Shown here: positions 14,954 through 18,141 of the stretch, one piece after another | Numbering within the stretch: the first letter of the stretch is position 1 | Layout: the number at the start of each line of letters is the position of its first letter | DNA from: a virus | Taxonomy: Duplodnaviria > Heunggongvirae > Uroviricota > Caudoviricetes | Direction: 5' to 3' (one strand) | DNA length: 18,141 nucleotides | IMG/VR virus record: IMGVR_UViG_2534682108_000010 | Coordinates: 1-18,141 of that record | Notes under the pieces: generated by a model | Told to the model about the DNA's origin: nothing | Database searches by the model: none | The model's input: only the letters and a program-made list of their open reading frames with translations | Translations under genes and position numbers: made by a program

Positions 14954-15739
14954 ATGAGTACAGCACTCGCAACGCTGGCTGGGAAGCTGGCTGAACGTGT
15001 CGGCATGGATTCTGTCGACCCACAGGAACTGATCACCACTCTTCGCCAGACAGCATTTAAAGGCGATGCCAGCGATGCGCAGTTCATCGCATTGTTGATC
15101 GTTGCCAACCAGTACGGCCTTAATCCGTGGACGAAAGAAATTTACGCCTTCCCTGATAAGCAGAACGGCATCGTTCCGGTGGTGGGCGTTGATGGCTGGT
15201 CCCGCATTATCAATGAAAACCAGCAGTTTGATGGCATGGACTTTGAGCAGGACAATGAGTCCTGTACATGCCGGATTTACCGCAAAGATCGCAATCACCC
15301 GATCTGCGTTACCGAGTGGATGGATGAATGTCGCCGCGCACCATTCAAAACCCGCGAAGGCAGAGAAATCACCGGACCGTGGCAGTCGCATCCCAAACGG
15401 ATGTTACGGCACAAAGCCATGATTCAGTGTGCTCGCCTGGCCTTCGGATTTGCTGGCATCTATGACAAGGATGAAGCCGAGCGTATTGTCGAAAATACTG
15501 CATATACTACAGAACGTCAGCCGGAACGCGACATCACCCCGGTTAACGAAGAAACCATGTCGGAAATTAACGCCCTTCTTACTTCCATGGAAAAAACGTG
15601 GGATGACGACCTGTTGCCGCTCTGTTCCCAGATTTTTCGCCGCAACATTTACACATCTTCAGAACTAACACAGGCTGAAGCTGTGAAGGTTCTTGGATTC
15701 CTGAAACAGAAAGTCACAGAGCAGAAGGTAGCAGCATGA
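14954..15739 (+). CDS. bet: Bet (Red-beta) single-strand annealing recombinase
   Basis: 261-aa translation [66 protein letters not shown]... essentially identical to lambda Bet as recalled. Confidence 0.95.
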   Translation: MSTALATLAGKLAERVGMDSVDPQELITTLRQTAFKGDASDAQFIALLIVANQYGLNPWTKEIYAFPDKQNGIVPVVGVDGWSRIINENQQFDGMDFEQDNESCTCRIYRKDRNHPICVTEWMDECRRAPFKTREGREITGPWQSHPKRMLRHKAMIQCARLAFGFAGIYDKDEAERIVENTAYTTERQPERDITPVNEETMSEINALLTSMEKTWDDDLLPLCSQIFRRNIYTSSELTQAEAVKVLGFLKQKVTEQKVAA

Positions 15740-16416
15740 CACCGGACATTATCCTGCAACGTACAGGGATCGACGTGAGAGCTGTCGAACAGGGGGATGA
15801 TGCGTGGCACAAATTACGGCTCGGCGTCATCACCGCTTCAGAAGTTCACAACGTGATAGCAAAACCCCGCTCAGGAAAGAAATGGCCTGACATGAAAATG
15901 TCCTACTTCCACACCCTGCTTGCTGAGGTTTGCACCGGTGTGGCTCCGGAAGTTAATGCCAAAGCACTGGCCTGGGGAAAACAATACGAGAACGACGCCA
16001 GAGTCCTGTTTGAGTTCACCTCCGGCGTGAATGTTACTGAATCCCCGATTATCTATCGCGACGAAAGTATGCGTACAGCCTGCTCTCCCGATGGTTTATG
16101 CAGTGACGGCAACGGCCTTGAACTGAAATGCCCGTTTACCTCCCGGGATTTCATGAGGTTCCGGCTCGGTGGTTTCGAGGCCATAAAATCGGCTTACATG
16201 GCCCAGGTGCAGTACAGCATGTGGGTGACACGAAAAGATGCCTGGTACTTTGCCAACTATGACCCGCGTATGAAGCGTGAAGGCCTGCATTATGTCGTGA
16301 TTGAGCGGGATGAAAAATACATGGCTGGTTTTGACGAAATGGTGCCAGAGTTCATCGAAAAAATGGACGAGGCACTGGCTGAAATTGGTTTTGTATTTGG
16401 GGAGCAATGGCGATAG
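15736..16416 (+). CDS. exo: Exo (Red-alpha) 5'-3' exonuclease
   Basis: 226-aa translation [69 protein letters not shown]... matches lambda Exo; start overlaps the bet stop. Confidence 0.95.
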   Translation: MTPDIILQRTGIDVRAVEQGDDAWHKLRLGVITASEVHNVIAKPRSGKKWPDMKMSYFHTLLAEVCTGVAPEVNAKALAWGKQYENDARVLFEFTSGVNVTESPIIYRDESMRTACSPDGLCSDGNGLELKCPFTSRDFMRFRLGGFEAIKSAYMAQVQYSMWVTRKDAWYFANYDPRMKREGLHYVVIERDEKYMAGFDEMVPEFIEKMDEALAEIGFVFGEQWR

Positions 16417-16464
16417 CCAGTAGCAACGAGGTGCAAATGATATGACAATTAAGGAATACTACCG

Positions 16465-16716
16465 GTGTTCGTTCTAATCCAGCGCGGGCAGTCTTTCGTC
16501 GATGCCAACAACTATCCGGTTGAAGTCTGCAAAATCACTCTGACGCAGGTAATCTTCCGCAGGCTGGATGGGAGAACCAGAGCCGCTTCAATTAGCGCAT
16601 TTAATGCAGAATTTGAGCGAATCGATCACAACGAACTACACATGATTAAAGCAGAAATTGAGAAGGAAAAGCATATTGCCAGCCTTCGAAAAATGCGCCG
16701 CATATCAATCAACTGA
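16465..16716 (+). CDS. Hypothetical protein (GTG start)
   Basis: 83-aa ORF between exo and xis with AAGGA about 9 nt upstream of GTG; no family recognised. Confidence 0.4.
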   Translation: MFVLIQRGQSFVDANNYPVEVCKITLTQVIFRRLDGRTRAASISAFNAEFERIDHNELHMIKAEIEKEKHIASLRKMRRISIN

Positions 16717-16750
16717 CAACCGCCTTCGGGCGGTTTTTAATGGCGAAAAT

Positions 16751-17122
16751 ATGGATTCACACAGTATCACCCTCAAAGAGGCCTGTAAGTTTCTCAAGAT
16801 ATCAAGGCCAACAGCTGTTAACTGGATACGAACGGGCCGACTACAGGCAACCCGAAAAAATTCTTCCGGTAAAAGATCACCTTATCTCACAACCCGGCAA
16901 GCCTGCATTGCAGCACTTCATTCACCGCTGCATACTGTCCAGGTGAGCGCGGGTGATGGCATAACAGAGGAAAGAAAATGTCACTCTTCCGCAGAGGTGA
17001 AATATGGTACGCCTCGTACTCGCTCCCGGGCGGGAAGCGAATTAAGGAGTCTCTTGGCACAAAGGACAAGCGGCAAGCTCAGGAGTTGCACGACAAGCGA
17101 AAAGCAGAACTCTGGCGAGTAG
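16751..17122 (+). CDS. xis: Excisionase (HTH_17 / AlpA-type), C-terminal extent uncertain
   Basis: From ATG 16751: [36 protein letters not shown]..., a typical excisionase HTH; directly upstream of int and overlapping it; the ORF-track start at 16658 is upstream of this ATG. Confidence 0.55.
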   Translation: MDSHSITLKEACKFLKISRPTAVNWIRTGRLQATRKNSSGKRSPYLTTRQACIAALHSPLHTVQVSAGDGITEERKCHSSAEVKYGTPRTRSRAGSELRSLLAQRTSGKLRSCTTSEKQNSGE

Positions 17123-18141
17123 ACAGACTGGGGGATATGCCAGATGTCACTTTCGAAGAAGCCTGCCTGAGATGGCTTGAGGAAAAAGCCGACAAGAAAT
17201 CCATCGATTTCGATAAATCCAGAATCGCATTCTGGATTGAGCATTTCGAGGGAATAAGGATTAAGGATATATCGGAGGCAATGATCTACTCAGTTATCAG
17301 CAAAGCGTATAACCGAAAAACAAAGGAGAGATGGAAGTTGCAGGTGGAGGCTGCATTAAGAAAAGGGAAAGAACCACCAGCCTATATACCTAAATCGGTG
17401 AGCACGCAAACAAAAGCAACACACCTGGCAATGATCAAGGCTATTCTGCGCGCCGCAGAGCGAGACTGGAAATGGCTTGAAAAAGCACCTGTAATCAAAA
17501 TACCTGCCGTAAAAAACAAACGCGTGAGATGGCTGGAAAAAGAAGAAGCCAGGAGACTCATTGATGCATGTTCTGATCCCCTGAAATCTGTAGTTAAATT
17601 TGCACTGGCAACTGGCCTGAGGAGATCAAACATTATTAATCTGGAGTGGCAACAAATCGATATGCAGCGACGTGTTGCCTGGGTAAACCCTGAAGACAGT
17701 AAGTCAAACCGCGCTATTGGGGTCGCACTGAATGACACTGCCTGCAAGGTGTTGCGTGATCAAATAGGCAAACATCACCGCTGGGTGTTTGTTTATACCA
17801 CTGCTGCCAGAAGGCCTGACGGGACAATGACACCAAGCATCAGAAAGATGCGCCTGGACTATAACACATCGTGGTTAACAGCATGTCGTCGGGCAGGAAT
17901 TGAAAATTTCCGTTTTCATGACCTCCGCCATACCTGGGCCAGTTGGTTAATTCAGTCAGGTGTACCACTGTCAGTACTTCAGGAAATGGGCGGCTGGGAG
18001 TCTATCGAAATGGTGCGTAGGTACGCACACCTTGCACCTAATCATTTGACAGAGCACGCGAGGAAAATTGACGACATATTGGGTGACGATGTCCCAAATT
18101 TGTCCCACCCTGAGGTTTTTGAGGATGCAAAGAAAGCATAA
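16978..18141 (+). CDS. int: Tyrosine recombinase / phage integrase (Rac IntR-like)
   Basis: 387-aa translation [46 protein letters not shown]... with C-terminal HDLRHTWAS...RYAHL catalytic motifs, closely resembling Rac-prophage IntR as recalled; GAGG RBS; stop at the window end. Confidence 0.95.
   Translation: MSLFRRGEIWYASYSLPGGKRIKESLGTKDKRQAQELHDKRKAELWRVDRLGDMPDVTFEEACLRWLEEKADKKSIDFDKSRIAFWIEHFEGIRIKDISEAMIYSVISKAYNRKTKERWKLQVEAALRKGKEPPAYIPKSVSTQTKATHLAMIKAILRAAERDWKWLEKAPVIKIPAVKNKRVRWLEKEEARRLIDACSDPLKSVVKFALATGLRRSNIINLEWQQIDMQRRVAWVNPEDSKSNRAIGVALNDTACKVLRDQIGKHHRWVFVYTTAARRPDGTMTPSIRKMRLDYNTSWLTACRRAGIENFRFHDLRHTWASWLIQSGVPLSVLQEMGGWESIEMVRRYAHLAPNHLTEHARKIDDILGDDVPNLSHPEVFEDAKKA

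Noticed and set aside
16658-16750. Upstream extension of the xis ORF in the ORF track (start at 16658)
   Set aside because: The conserved excisionase HTH begins at the ATG at 16751; the extension overlaps the end of the preceding ORF and has no support.

Overview
This window reads as a segment of a mosaic lambdoid prophage from an enterobacterial (E. coli-like) genome, running from the start of the late region to the integrase. From left to right: the 5' part of a nanS-p-like esterase gene (minus strand), a terminator cluster, an IS1-family element with an 8-bp target-site duplication, a minus-strand array of three intact tRNAs plus one tRNA-Gly-like pseudogene, antiterminator Q, a DLP12-type nin block (ylcG, rusA, ybcO, ninE, ybcN), an accessory cassette bracketed by 85-bp direct repeats (Bro-N protein plus unknown membrane protein), a plus-strand AT-rich gene for a DUF4041/T5orf172-type protein, ren, P, O with ori iterons, a ydaT/CII-like and a Cro-like gene, a divergent operator region, a CI-like repressor followed by a two-gene AT-rich operon in the rexAB-equivalent slot, a pL-like promoter, then gam-bet-exo, xis and a Rac-type tyrosine integrase. 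No structural, lysis or stx genes are in the window. The two strongest candidates for an undescribed system are the repressor-linked two-gene operon (12217-13868) and the DUF4041/T5orf172 gene (6806-8308). All protein identifications rest on my reading of the translations and recalled family features; no database search was run.
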